From assembly GCF_009834535.1 (NCBI RefSeq), contig NC_045714.1, forward strand, positions 6,262,001 to 6,326,000: a stretch of 64,000 nt of DNA, written 5' to 3'. The notes beneath the pieces are model-generated. The model had not been told where the DNA came from. It worked only from the letters and a program-made list of their open reading frames with translations, and made no database searches. Position numbers and translations under genes: made by a program. Position 1 is the stretch's first letter. Each line of letters starts with the position of its first letter. The DNA comes from Camelus ferus. Its lineage: Eukaryota. Below, in pieces: positions 51,569 to 63,700 of this stretch.

Positions 51569-52058
51569 TATGAAGGTTAATTTTGTGTCAACCTGACTGG
51601 GCAAAGGGATGCCCAGATGGCTGGTCAAACATTATTTCTGAGTGTGTATGCGAGGGTGTCTCTGGATGAGATCAGCGTTTGAGTTGTAGACTGAGAAGGG
51701 AGATCACCCTCACCAAGGCAGGTGGGCATCACCCAAGCCTTTGAGGGCCTGAACAGAACAAAAAGGCAGAGGAAGGGCGAATTTGCTCTCTCTGCTTGAG
51801 CTGGAACATCCATCTCCTCTGCCCTTGGGCAATGATGCTCCTGGATTTTGGCCCTTTGGACTCGAACGGGGACTTACTCCATTGGTCCCCTACTTCTTGG
51901 ATTTCAGGTTTGGATTGGAAGTATACTGCCAGCCCTCCCGATGGCAGGACTCAGCCCCTACCATCATGTGAGCCAATCGCTCATAACAGAGCTCTTTCTC
52001 TCTGTTTCTGTGTATATGTATCCTATTGGTTCTGTTTCTCTGAAGAACCCTGACTAAA
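51569..52058 (+). mobile_element. ERVL solo LTR (MLT2-like)
   Basis: ggttaattttgtgtcaacctgactggg..gatgcccagatggctggtcaaacattatttctg..cctattggttctgtttctctgaagaaccctgactaa. Confidence 0.9.
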
Positions 52059-53738
52059 GTGTGCCTCATCCAGGGGAAAGGTGACCATAGCTTGGACCAG
52101 GGTAGAGGCAGAGAGGGACGTGAGACATTGTAGTCCAGTTAGACGTGACAGACTTTCCCCTTCTCTTCCTGAACACTTTCTTAGTGGTGCCACGGATCCC
52201 TTCCCCACCTCCCCCGCCAATCACGTTTCCACAGGAGAGGTTCTGTTCCATTAGAGGCAGGGTATATCTATGTTCACCCCCCATGTGGACAAGCCCCAGC
52301 CCCCACAGTTCTCTGTGGGTGCAGATGTAGAGGTTTCAGCTGGTAGGATCCAAGGGGAATTTAGCCTGCAGACAAGCTGTTGAACATATTTGAACTTCCT
52401 TTATAGGAGTGTGCTGCTGTCTGCTTTTGCCGCAGGCCCCGCTGCTCTCTATTGCCTTTCACACCCTGTCAGTTTCACTCTCTTACATTATCTGTCTGGT
52501 TTCTGAAGAAGACACAGGAGGTTCACGTGCAGTAGTGTTGCTAACTCTACTCTGTACCAGCTGGGACTCCTATTATACAAATACGGATCTTGTTAATCCC
52601 ATTTTAGAGGTGGGGGAAAGTCAACTGGTTCAGAGCCACAAAATGAATCACCCCAGGCCATGTGGTTCTTACTTGCTGATTACAAGTCTTGGCTTCAAAT
52701 CGCTCTCTACGCCTGTCTACCGACTTTGTCATTAGTGAGAGTAGAGAGAGTTCTCCCAACGCCAGACAGATGTCATACCCCACTTGTAAGTAGATGATTC
52801 CAGAAATTGAGTCATAGACAAGGGGCTATGTTTGTGTTCTCTTCCCACTGTCCAGGTAAGAAAGGAAAACATTCACCTGTGGGCTTGATATTTGCACTAG
52901 AAGACCCGGGGCAGCACGCTGCATGGTCCTGCTGCGCACAGCACAGCTTTCATAAAACGTGTGCCCTTCTGTTTCCCCAAATGAAGGGCTTCTCTCCAAA
53001 AGACAGTGTCTGTAGCACATGTGTGGTGGTCACTTATAATCACATTTTTTACATCCATAGCCCTGTACCTTCTTATTCCATGTTCCTGCCTATCCCTGGT
53101 CCTTGAAAGCAATCTTTAGAAGGTGGTTCTTGGTAAAACTTGTCACATTCAGAATTAAGTTTCAGTGACTTGATGAAACCCTTGCTGGGGAACCAGAATG
53201 CAGCAGAGTTGGAATTATATTCTCAGGAGTTCCCGGAGCCTGCCCAAAGTACCAAGACATTCAGAAATGAAAAGGCGTTTGCCCTCTGTGGGTTTCCAGG
53301 AAAAGAAAAGACATTGAGCAGTCATTTACTCTTTTCTACATTTTCCTGATTTTCTCAGTCTGTTCCTATAGCAACTCTAATAGGGATTAGGTTGCTAGAA
53401 AAGCATTCGTTTCTATAGAAACNNNNNNNNNNNNNNNNNNNNNNNNNNNNNNNNNNNNNNNNNNNNNNNNNNNNNNNNNNNNNNNNNNNNNNNNNNNNNN
53501 NNNNNNNNNNNNNNNNNNNNNNNNNNNNNNNNNNNNNNNNNNNNNNNNNNNNNNNNNNNNNNNNNNNNNNNNNNNNNNNNNNNNNNNNNNNNNNNNNNNN
53601 NNCTAATATGGGGTCAGGAAAGAGGTTGCAGAGTCTTAGTGCCTGCAGATCTTTACTAAGAATATGGAATAAAATAAAATAATTTAGAGCACTTGCATCT
53701 TCATTTACAAGGGGATAGACTACATGATCTCCTGAAAT

Positions 53739-53776
53739 TGTGTGTGTGTGTGTGTGTGCGTGCGCACGCATGTGTA
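53739..53776. repeat. Alternating purine-pyrimidine tract, (TG)n then mixed CG/CA
   Basis: 38 bp of unbroken Y/R alternation. Confidence 0.85.
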
Positions 53777-53839
53777 GGAATTTGCTATTTCTCTTGACTT
53801 TATTGTGAAAACCCTAAGGAATTTTTACTAGAATCAGAT

Positions 53840-54370
53840 AGGTGGTTTTGGTTTTAAGCGACAAAAATCTAACTCAAAACTGGTTAAGTGAAAAGCAAAA
53901 AAAGTGGGGGGAGGAGATATATTAGTTCTCATATTTTAGTACTCAGGAGGCTTCAGGTTCAGCTGGATCCAGGGCTCACTAAGCCTAGTTGCTTTCCCTC
54001 ACTCAGCTCTACCTTCCACTGTGTTGGCTTCATTCTCAGGCAGGCGTTCCTCATGAGGTTCCAGCAGCTCCAGCTGTATCCTCTGCAGCTTGCAGTTAAG
54101 TGTCTCCAGTGGCAAGAAAGTACTGCTTTTCCAGTCGTTCCTGGAAAAGCCCTGGCAATGACTCTAATTGCATTGACTTAGGTCATATGCCCACCCCTGA
54201 ACCAATCACTGGGGACCTGGGGAAATGAAATGAGCTGATTGGCCAGGCCTGAGTCAGGTGCATGCCTGTAGTGTCAGAGGTGAGGTCAGCACCTCCCAGC
54301 CCCCACAGACTGAGAGAGGGCATCAATCTTCTATAAAGGAAAATCAGGAGGCAGAGCTAGAAAAAAGGGG
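53840..54370. mobile_element. Old MaLR LTR (MLT1J/K-like)
   Basis: cttcaggttcagctggatccagggctca..ttaggtcatatgcccacccctgaaccaatcactgg. Confidence 0.7.
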
Positions 54371-55639
54371 GATAGATATGATCCAGGCCCCAGTCAGTCA
54401 CTCCAGTGGGTGATTCCAAGTTGTCAGAGAGGAGCCATTTCACCACATTCTGAAATTAGAGGGCTGGACCTTAACAGCTCACTTCTCAGCTTGGACAAGA
54501 GAGAGAGATCCAGTTAGGTTTTCCCTTTCCCAATCACGTCATTTTTCTAATTAATCTGCTACTAGCTTCACCTTGAGAATATCTTTCAAACAAGATTTTT
54601 TTTTCCCCTTCTGAAGGGAGTTGAAAAAAGTCAGAATACATTTGCATGTTACCTAAAACATTCTAAACCTGAGTCTTATCTTTGTCACTGCACAGGGTTT
54701 TCATTTCAGTGCTGCTAGCTGTGTAATTAAGTTACCTTCAGCCTCACTAATTCCTTTTTGAAAAGGTTATTGTGAACAGGGGACAAAAAATCATTTGGAA
54801 ACACAGCCTAGGTCTGTTTTTCAATTGTCTTTTCATCCCAAAGTTCAGAGATTTCTAGAAAATCATATGTCAGCAGAAGCAGTACGTAAAATCTCATCTA
54901 GTGTTTTTGGAGGGGGGGATATTCCCTGAGATGACTGAAGGGAGGATTATTTCAGGGAGGATGTTGGTGTGTGGCCAGTAATTTAAGAGCTTAAAATAGG
55001 ATTGTTAAAATTCAGAGAGTGTTTTAGTTGGAATTTCATTTCTGCTATAGGGGTTCTTTCATTTTAAATATGCTTTGTTTTCATTGTCATTAGCTTGCAA
55101 AGATATTTAAGGGTTTAAAATATCTTTAGGATTTTTTTCCCTTGTTAATAAACTGGGTTAATGATTTCCATGGAGATTGCTTCCAACAAAGCTCGTGTAT
55201 TATAGGCAAGGAGTTCTCCTGTTGGGGCCAGAAGCGAATCGTTTGAAACCTTTAATCTCAAGGCAATAATAAGTGTTTCTTGTGAATGAATCCCTGGGTC
55301 TTACTGGGATGTTTGAAAGGCCCTTCAAGACAGAAAGCCTCATGCTTCAGAAAAGGAAAACTTTCAAGTAGGGCTCACAAGTGAGGGACTTGGACAAGCC
55401 TGGTTGTGGACGTGTGTGTGTGTGCACGTGTGCACATACATGCATGGGAGGTTGGAGGAATTTGTGTTCTGTTAGGCAAAGTGTCCTTTGTAATACCGGG
55501 AACGAAGGCTGATGTTTAGGTTGAAATCCCCCAATGGGGCCACTCCAGAGGCCTTGATGTCGGGGGACATCCAGATGCACACAGAGAAACAGGGACCAGT
55601 GCTTATGCAGAGCAGCACGTCCCAAACCTGAATCCACAG

Positions 55640-55770
55640 CCGCCTCACCTGGCCATCTTGTTCAAATGCACATTGTTCCAACACAGCAGGTCTGAGGTGG
55701 GGCCTGGAATTCTACGTTTGTAATGAACTCCCAGGTGATCCCTGTGCTGCTGGTCTGTGGACTCCACTCT
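55640..55770 (-). mobile_element. MER5A/B fragment
   Basis: ggtctgaggtggggcctggaattc..ctcccaggtgat..tgctgctggtctgtggac. Confidence 0.75.
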
Positions 55771-56352
55771 GAGTAGGGAGATTGTAGATTGTTTCTTCAT
55801 TTTGCCTCGATCGGGAAAGAGTCTGCAAATCATATTTTGGATTCTACCAGACCTTAGTAGTGCTGATCTGGTGTATCTGTATGTTTCTTGGGACTTTAAT
55901 GTCATAGCAGGAAAAGGAATCCCATACAAAGGGTAAGGCCCAAGCACCATCTAAATCAGAGGTGCTCGATGATGTCTTCATCCTGGCAGAGAATTGGGCT
56001 GCAAAATAGAGAGAGGGAGAGAAAGGACAGCTCAGCGGTGATTCAGACAAAACTCATCTTTCAAAGCAGGAACGGAAATGAAGCCTGTTGTTCCTTCAGA
56101 ATTTTTTAAGGCTCTTTCTCAGCTGTGGGGACTGTATTCCCGAGGGAGTGGTGATGTTCTGTAAAGTCTTTGGTCATTTAGCTGGTGGCAGATTTCTCTG
56201 TTCTTCCTGGGGATGATCTTGTACCTGACTCTTTGGATGAGAAGACACTACAGTGAAGCATTTTGTCAGAATTCCTGATGAAGTGGCAGATGTGAAGGGG
56301 AGAAAGCAGCAGGCACCTCTGAGCTTTTTGGAGAATCTCAAAGCAGGCAGCC

Positions 56353-56829
56353 TGTATCAGGTAGCTACTGCCGTGTAACAAACCACCCCTAAACTTAACA
56401 ACAACCCTTTATTATTTCTCATTAGTTTAAGGGTAAGCCAGGCAGCAGTGCTGATCTCAGCTGGTCCTGCCAATGTGTCTGTGGTCAGCAGGTAGGTCGG
56501 CTGGGAGCTGGTGGTCTAGCATGGCCTTGGCTGGGCTGACAGCTTACTCCACGTATCTCCACATTCCCACAGTTTGGGCATGTTGTCACAGTGCTGGCAG
56601 TGATCCAAGAGAGAGCTAGGATCCCAGTCATGGCAGAGGACAAGCGGCAGTACCCATGTGCTTTTCAGGCCCTACTTCCATCACATTTATTAATATATCC
56701 CACTGGTCGAAGTCAATCACATGCCCAAACCCAGCATCAGAGAGGGAGGGACAACAAAGTTGGGGGCAAAGAGTATGGATGCAGGGAGGCCTTTAATTGG
56801 GGATATTGGTAAAATTAATCAACAGCACA
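56353..56829 (-). mobile_element. MaLR LTR (MLT1H/I-like)
   Basis: tgccgtgtaacaaaccaccctaaactta..gctggtggtctagcatggcctt..agtcacatgccc-like block. Confidence 0.75.
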
Positions 56830-57529
56830 GCCTTGATTGAAAGCTTGAGGTTGCATGTATAAATCTCAGAGGATAGGCAGGACTATTCCATTCATTCACT
56901 CGTTCCCTCATCCATTCAAACATTTGTTTTGTTTCTCTTATGCAAAGCACCAGGCTCTGTCAAACTTAGCTTGGAAGTTTCACTTGCTCCAAGATCCACA
57001 CCCACTTAAATTCCACCTCCCAATATTCTTCATGTGGAAACTGTGAAAAGCTTTTGCTCACTCTGCCGGGGAGCTGTGGGGCCTGTGGACTCATAGTCTG
57101 TGGAATGTGGGTGAGTGTCTTCTTCCCAAAGTCCACAGGGGCAGCAACTGCTTATTGCCATGGAGATGCTTGGTAGCTTTAAACAGACCCTACCTACCGT
57201 GCACTCCTGGGGCTGCTGCCTTGCAGGATAGAAGGGCTTGGTTAGAACTCAGGAAGTCTGTGGTCCACTTAGGCCTTGGGTTCATCACCTCTTGGAGCCT
57301 GTTTTTATCATCATCGATGCAAATATTCTTATTTCACAGTTGTGTTTGTTTGGTTTTGATGAATTTAAAAGCATTGTGAACCCTAAAGTGTCATGAAAAG
57401 GTAAAGATTTCATATCATTTCATGTAGAAGGGAGTGCCCAGTATACCCTCCTAGTTTGGTAGTTAAAGATGTGATGTCAGACTGGCTGTGGATGGGGCTG
57501 GGGCAAGTTGTGGGCGGGGGAGAAAGAGC

Positions 57530-57712
57530 CCAGATTTGTAACAATTGCAGATCTCCTTGGTGTAAATACTCACATCATGGCTGATTTCTACCAGGGTTGC
57601 CACCAATGATTTTATAACCTGTTTGTAAAATTCTTGTGTAGTTATTAGTATTCCTGGATATTTAACAATTTGACTTCTCAAGCTGATAAGAGCTAGCTCC
57701 AGCTCACCCCGG
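57530..57712 (-). mobile_element. hAT-Blackjack MITE (MER63-like)
   Basis: gatttgtaac..ggtgtaaatactcacatcatggctgatttc..tttaacaatttgacttctcaag..gctagctccagc. Confidence 0.65.
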
Positions 57713-57800
57713 TCCATCTTGGTACCAGGTGACCTGGATTGGAAACAGCTCTGCCCCTTGTTCTGTGACTTTGTCTAAGCGATTGTGTTGCAGAAAAATG

Positions 57801-58309
57801 TATTACAGCTCTGTGTTACAGCTCAGTTGTGGCAGCAACCTGGATCCGGGCAAGAGACCAAGCAGCACTCGGAGAGTTGGAGAACTCAGGTTTATTACGC
57901 CAGTGGGCCCAGAGGAGTTAACATTCCAAGCTGTGGACCCCGTGTGTAGGCTTACACAGGCTTTTATAGGCTGCCAGTTTACACTTTGCAACATCATATG
58001 CAAATAAGGTATAACAAAAGTTGACTAATTAGGAACAAACTTTGTAGAAATGGACCAATCAGGTGGGAGAGAAATAACCAATCAGGAGTGAGCTCCATGC
58101 AAATGAAGTACTACAAATGGACCAATCAGGAGTTAGCTCAGGAAACCAATAGAATTTTAGTGGTAAGTACCACTTTCCTAGAAGTAAGCCATTTCAGAGG
58201 CAAAGAGTGAGATAAAGCCGCTGGGCCAGGGAACAGGATGGTGCTGGCAGGAGACTAGTCGCCCTGCCCTGGGGTCCTGCCGGTCTTTTTTATGGAGCTT
58301 CCCACCTCA
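57801..58309 (-). mobile_element. ERV1-type solo LTR inserted into a MIR
   Basis: Ends tattacagctctgtgttacagctcag / cccacctca, flanks aatg/attg; minus-strand TATAAAAG (57961-68) and AATAAA (57891-96); MIR halves on either side. Confidence 0.82.
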
Positions 58310-58444
58310 ATTGAACTGTCTTATTTCCTCATCTATAAAATGGGGATGTGGGAGTACCTGTCTCCTTGAGTTGAAATAAAGATTAAACGAGATAATGCAT
58401 ATAAGGTGTTTCCCACATCGTAAGTGCTCAATAAAAGGCAGCGA

Positions 58445-59188
58445 TTTTTTTTCATTCTTTTTTTAATTGAAATATAGTCAGTTTACAATGTTGTGTCAAT
58501 TTCTGGTGTACAGCGTAAGTTTCAGTCATACATATACATACATATATTTGTTTTCATATTCTTTTTGTTTATAGGTTACTACAAGGTATTGAATAGAGTT
58601 TCCTGTGCTATACAGTAGAAATTTGTTGTTTCTCTGTTTTATATATAGCAGTTAGTATCTGCAAATCTCTAACTCTCAATTTATCCCTTCCCACCCCCTT
58701 TCCCCTCTGGTAACCATAAGTTTGTTCTCTATGTTTGTGAATCTGTTTCTGTTTTGTAAATAAGTTCAGTTGTGTCTTTTTTTTAGATTCCACATACAAG
58801 TGATGTCATATGGTATTTTTCTTTCTCTTTCTGGCTTTCTTCACTTAGAGTGACAATCTCCAGATCCATCCATGTTGCTGCAAATCACGTTATTTAAATA
58901 TATATGTATATATATATATATACCACAACTTCTTTATCCAGTCATCTGCCGATGGACATCTGGATTGTTTCCATGTCTTGGCTATTGTAAATAGTGCTGC
59001 TGTGAATACTGGGGTACATGTGTCTTTTTGAATTCNNNNNNNNNNNNNNNNNNNNNNNNNNNNNNNNNNNNNNNNNNNNNNNNNNNNNNNNNNNNNNNNN
59101 NNNNNNNNNNNNNNNNNNNNNNNNNNNNNNNNNNNNNNNNNNNNNNNNNNNNNNNNNNNNNNNNNNNNNNNNNNNNNNNNNNNNNNNN
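58445..59188 (-). mobile_element. Relatively young L1 3' end
   Basis: T-rich head; minus frame IQKDTCTPVFTAALFTIAKTWKQ..CPSADDWIKKLWYIY is L1 ORF2 C-terminus; 5' part hidden by Ns. Confidence 0.92.
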
Positions 59189-59629
59189 TTATTATCTGTG
59201 CTACATCTCTTGGTCCACTGATGGTGCCAAGGTCTGGGTGGACACACTCCAGGGCCAGATTACTCGATCCCATCATCTGAAAGTTATGGGCTCCCCGTAT
59301 TTCCTGCCCAGCCCATTCTAAGCATCCAGCCTCTTAAAAATCATTCATTCATCTTGTCCCACAGCGCTCGAAGCACTCCCCTGGGGTCAGGCTTTTTACG
59401 AACAGCATCTCACTTAGTCCCTAAAGCAGCCCCTATAAAGGAAGTGCCCTTTCAATATTCCCATTTTACAGACAGTACAGTTGAGATTCATGGAGGCTGA
59501 ATAAGTCTTAACAGCTATGAGTAAGGAGAGGCAGGATTTCACTCTAGAGTCCTTGGGTCTAAACCCCATCCCTACTTTTTAAAAGGGGAAAAAACTTCTT
59601 TGCAGTAACTTCCTGATTTTCTCTCTTCT

Positions 59630-59840
59630 TTCTTTTTTAGAGCAGCTTGGTTGAAATTTAATTGACATACATAAAAGTTACCTTTCAAAGTACACAGCTA
59701 GATTTTTAACATATTCACCGAGTTGTGCAACCATCACGATGATCTAATTTTAGAACATTTCCATCACCCTGAAAAGAAAACCCAGACACCCCCTCTTCTC
59801 CCCAGAGAAACTCACAGACACTGGACATATCTCTTGGCTT
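59630..59840 (-). mobile_element. L1MB-like 3' fragment
   Basis: catattcaccgagttgtgcaaccatcac..tctaattttagaacatttccatcaccc. Confidence 0.8.
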
Positions 59841-61219
59841 CCATAGAAACCACCCTCCGTTCAGCCAGCTGGGCCCACAGGTATGTGGGGGGTCGGCGGG
59901 GGTGGGACTTAAACAGAAGCATTCTGCTCGCATCCCAGGCCCCAGAAAGCTCACCTCATGACGCTGAGTTCCCCCTTCCTCCCAATGTGAAGGGGGAGTA
60001 TTTAATTATTTCCAGGGCCACAGGCCATTCTCATTTTATTGTCTTGTCAGCCCCTCCCACTGCTCATCTCCCTGAATCCCCAATCGTTCTTGGCTTGGGC
60101 AGACAGCAGCCAAGTGGAGGGCTCTAGTCCCTCTCTGCCTCTGAGGAGAAGCCTCTTTTGTTGAAGGTTTTGCTCCCCTCCCTTATTCCTTCTGCCTCCT
60201 TTCAGCTCCTTCCCCTCCTTGAGGATCATCTGATTTTAGGCACCGGGGATGAAGGAGCCAGTGATTGGGACCCCCTAGTGTGTCAATCAAAAGCAGAAAT
60301 TAAAGAGTGGTTTTTGCAGACAAACCTGGAGGCAGCTGTTTGGTACTTAAAAATCAGTGGATCTAATCACTGGGGGTAGAATATGTATCCGTCGCAGTCT
60401 GATCGTAGTATTGTCTACACGTCCCTTTGAATTTGTAAATGACAGGTGGCAGGGGTATTTTTAGCTACTGTTATTTAGAAGCCCAATCCCTCGCTCCCCC
60501 CTCCCCTCTGCCGATTACACTTCTCACTGATAATCCCCGGTTCTGTTAGCTTCACCTTCCTTGGGGCTGTTAAGTATGCAAATTGCGTTCATCTTCCTCA
60601 CCTTCCAGACTTTTCCTTTGTTCTGTGGCAGTGGATGTAAAGTAAAAAAAGGTGGTTGAGCAAAATAATTTATCTTTGGTCATTCTTGAGGCTTGAGATT
60701 CTTCGATTTGTAAGCAGTGCCTTGTGGGTGTGCTTGTGTTCCTGGATGCTTTGTGCGTCCTGTTGGTATTTAGGAAGAAAGAATTTCAGCAACATTCCAG
60801 TCGATCCCACCGCCAGAGAAAGACCCCGTGGAAGGCCCATCTCATGCCAGGTCTTCTGGGACCCTCATCCCTGGTGCCCTTGAGTAATATTTCCTGGGTT
60901 GTTTGTACATTTAGACTTTAAGGCCAGTACCTGACCTTGTCCACAAGACAAGACATTTCTGTCCTCTGTGGGCTGCAGGCCCTTTCCTATGGAAGGAAGT
61001 CAATGACGACTTAGTAAGTGAATAAACTTCAGAACCAAAGTGCATGGAATACTCCAAGTGCTGTTTCTTCTTCCTTATTGTAAGTAATCGGGGCTTCCCA
61101 GTTGCAGTACTGCTGTGAACGACATTGACCCACATAATCATAGCTGACTGCATGGCAGGCACTCTTCCACGTGCTTTATGTGCATAAACTCCTTTTATCT
61201 TTTTATCTTCCTGGGATAG

Positions 61220-61399
61220 CAGGTTTCTCACCCTCAGCACTGTTGACATGTGGGGTGGGATAATTCTCGGTTGCAAGGGGCCGTCCTGGGTACTGTAAAG
61301 TGTTGACTGCCTCCTTGGCCTCTACCCATTAGCACCTCCTTCCAGCATGACAACCCCAAATTCTTCAGACATCACCAAATGTCCAGCTGAGAACCACTG
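61220..61399 (-). mobile_element. MER20 hAT MITE (uninterrupted)
   Basis: caggtttctcaccctcagcactgttgaca..ggcctctacccattag..gctgagaaccactg, both termini present. Confidence 0.88.
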
Positions 61400-63569
61400 G
61401 AGTGTTTGAGAGGACAAGGAAAAAATAAAGGTAGAAGGAAAATAGTAGGGGAAGGAGAAATAGGGAAACAGGAGCAAAACTAACACAGAGGAAAGGCGAA
61501 GTGTGAGCACAGAGGGAGAAAGCTGTTAAGAGCTGAGATCAGAAGACCTGGCCTTGGCTCCTGGCACCGTGACTAAATTGGCTGCGGGCAGTCCAGGCAA
61601 GTCTTCAGCTTTCCCATGCTTCGGTTTCCTCATCTGTAAAGTGGGCATCTGCCACACAAGATTAGTTGTGAAGAGCAGACGAGCTGCCCGTTGTGAAAGT
61701 ACGATGCAGATCCGAGCCGTTCTTACCGCTGCTGCGTGTGCTGATGGCAGGTCTGTACGCTCAGAGCAGTTTGCCTCTTTGTCAGAGTCAGCTGGCCTAT
61801 GAAAAGAGGCTGCTCCTGAATTTACTGTCCACCCTGTGATGACTAGTAGCACAGCTTTGCCTTCTCATTTATGGCCGGAGGACGGTTTGATTTAAAGCCC
61901 ATTTGGACAGGGAACAAGGCAAAACACTTGGTGGGGCCAGCCTGAGGTGGAGGAGTTTTGTGGAAGGGAAAATAGATTTGGGACTTCCAGGTCTAGATGG
62001 TCCCTTATTTCTTTCTAATCTTCTGCGGAATTCAGCCGCAGGAGCTTTCAAGTTTGGAAAATTCAGCAATGAGAATTACACGTAGCAAGTCAGGTTCTCT
62101 GTTCACGCACTTGAGGCGAGAAATAGAGCATTTCTTTATTTCTTAAAAATTGATTTCAAACCCACCTGACTTGTACTTGGGGCTTCTTGCGCCACCCCCA
62201 CCCCCAAGGATGGAGAAGGCTTTGGGGACCTTACATAGCTCTGAAGCCCTGGCCAGGCCCTGGTGGTCATCTGTCCACACAGTTAGCCCAGCGGATCCCA
62301 TGTCCTGCTCTTTCCTTCCGGCCACTCTTGGTCAGATTAAATCCTGTGACCATTCCTTTCCAAGGACACGGCACTCTCTCACCCACTTGCCTTCCTCAGG
62401 GGCACTTGTGTCCTCTTCTAATTTTGCAGGTCACACGGCTGAATCCCGTCCACAAGCTATTTGTCCTTTACAAGCAAAGCCAGTGGTGAGATCGTGTTGC
62501 AGACCCTCCAGCTTTGACTCCCCTGCAAACTCCCCCTCCTCCCTACGCCCTGCAGCCCCGACTAGCAAACAGAGAACTGGTCTTGCTAGAATAGGGGACA
62601 GGAAAGTGAACGCACGGGGAGAAACCCAGACATCAACATTTCCAAAAACGGCCCTGCATTTTATTTGTCATGTCCTGAATTCTTGGCCCAGATGGCCAAG
62701 ATTCCAAAGCATGGAGGACCATCCAAGACTAAAGCCAGGAGGTATGGACGGTGCTGGCACTTAGTAGGTGCTCAGTGCATATTTAATGAGTGAGGGAAAG
62801 AATGGGGCTTTTTCCCTAAGTCAGAAGGGTCTGCAGCCCCAGTCTCCCATGTTCCATGCCCTCAAATGGAAATTCACCCAGTGGGTGAGCTGCTAAAGGG
62901 AGATGTGGGTTTTGACATTCCCCGCAGCTGCCTTCTTCCTGGAACAAAGAGGCATTTTTTGTTCCCTGCTCTGCTGCTTGGTACAAGTTGGGGAAACTAC
63001 TCAGCCATGCCAAAGGGGCTTTTTCTGCTTTAATATAACATTGCTGCCCTGACATTTCCCCAACTCTCCGTCCCCCTCCATCTTCCTGGTTGTCAAGGAA
63101 ACAGTTTCCTGGACAACCTGTTGACTTATTTGGTTGCCGAGTTTGTATTATCCAGTGTGGGGAGCTGTAGTGGAGGATTTTTTTTTAATGTCACCACGGT
63201 AACCGGCAGCAGCCGCTTAATTATAGTTTTAGGTAAAGATGAATTCTCTTTTGCAAATGCTAGTGTATTTTTGGGTTGGGAATATGGGGTGGGGGTGGAA
63301 AACCACCCAGAGATTAGCATTCTCTAATTACATGCTTTCAGTTGTGGACAATTCAGTTTTATTTGCAACTAAACTTGGTTTCATTCAGAATTAATTTTTT
63401 CCTCTAAAAAAATAAGGAAAACAAATAGAATAATGAAGACAGGGAGGAAAAGGGAATCAGTTTGGGAGGAAGTAGGCACTGTGTGTAGGGGGATGGCGGA
63501 GATGTGGGCACTGTTGAAGTGAGGTTAACTGGGGGCTGTTTCCTGAAATGTGAATTTGTTCACAGCTCT

Positions 63570-63700
63570 GAGAGTCAGTGTGGTATAGTGGTTATGCACT
63601 GGGCTCTGGAGCCAGGCTACCTGGGCTCAAATCCCATCTTTGCAGCTTATTAACTGTTTGACCTCAGGCAAGTGACTTAATTCCTACAGCGGTAAATCGG
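63570..63700 (+). mobile_element. MIR SINE
   Basis: gtggtatagtggttatgcactgggctctggagcc..ctgggctcaaatccc..gacctcaggcaagtgactta. Confidence 0.85.

Larger units (their letters stand above)
20530..59188. other. Seven short N-runs: 20530-20679, 20806-21054, 21441-21577, 30972-31101, 31856-32043, 53423-53602, 59036-59188
   Basis: Read directly; lengths 130-249 nt. Confidence 0.95.

Noticed and set aside
58890-59276. ORF with TCTPVFTAALFTIAKTWKQ as a host exon
   Set aside because: It is the L1 ORF2 C-terminus within a truncated L1
62150-62764. 204-aa ORF, and the similar 225-aa ORF at 445-1122
   Set aside because: No recognisable domain or splice context; the latter overlaps an L2 relic
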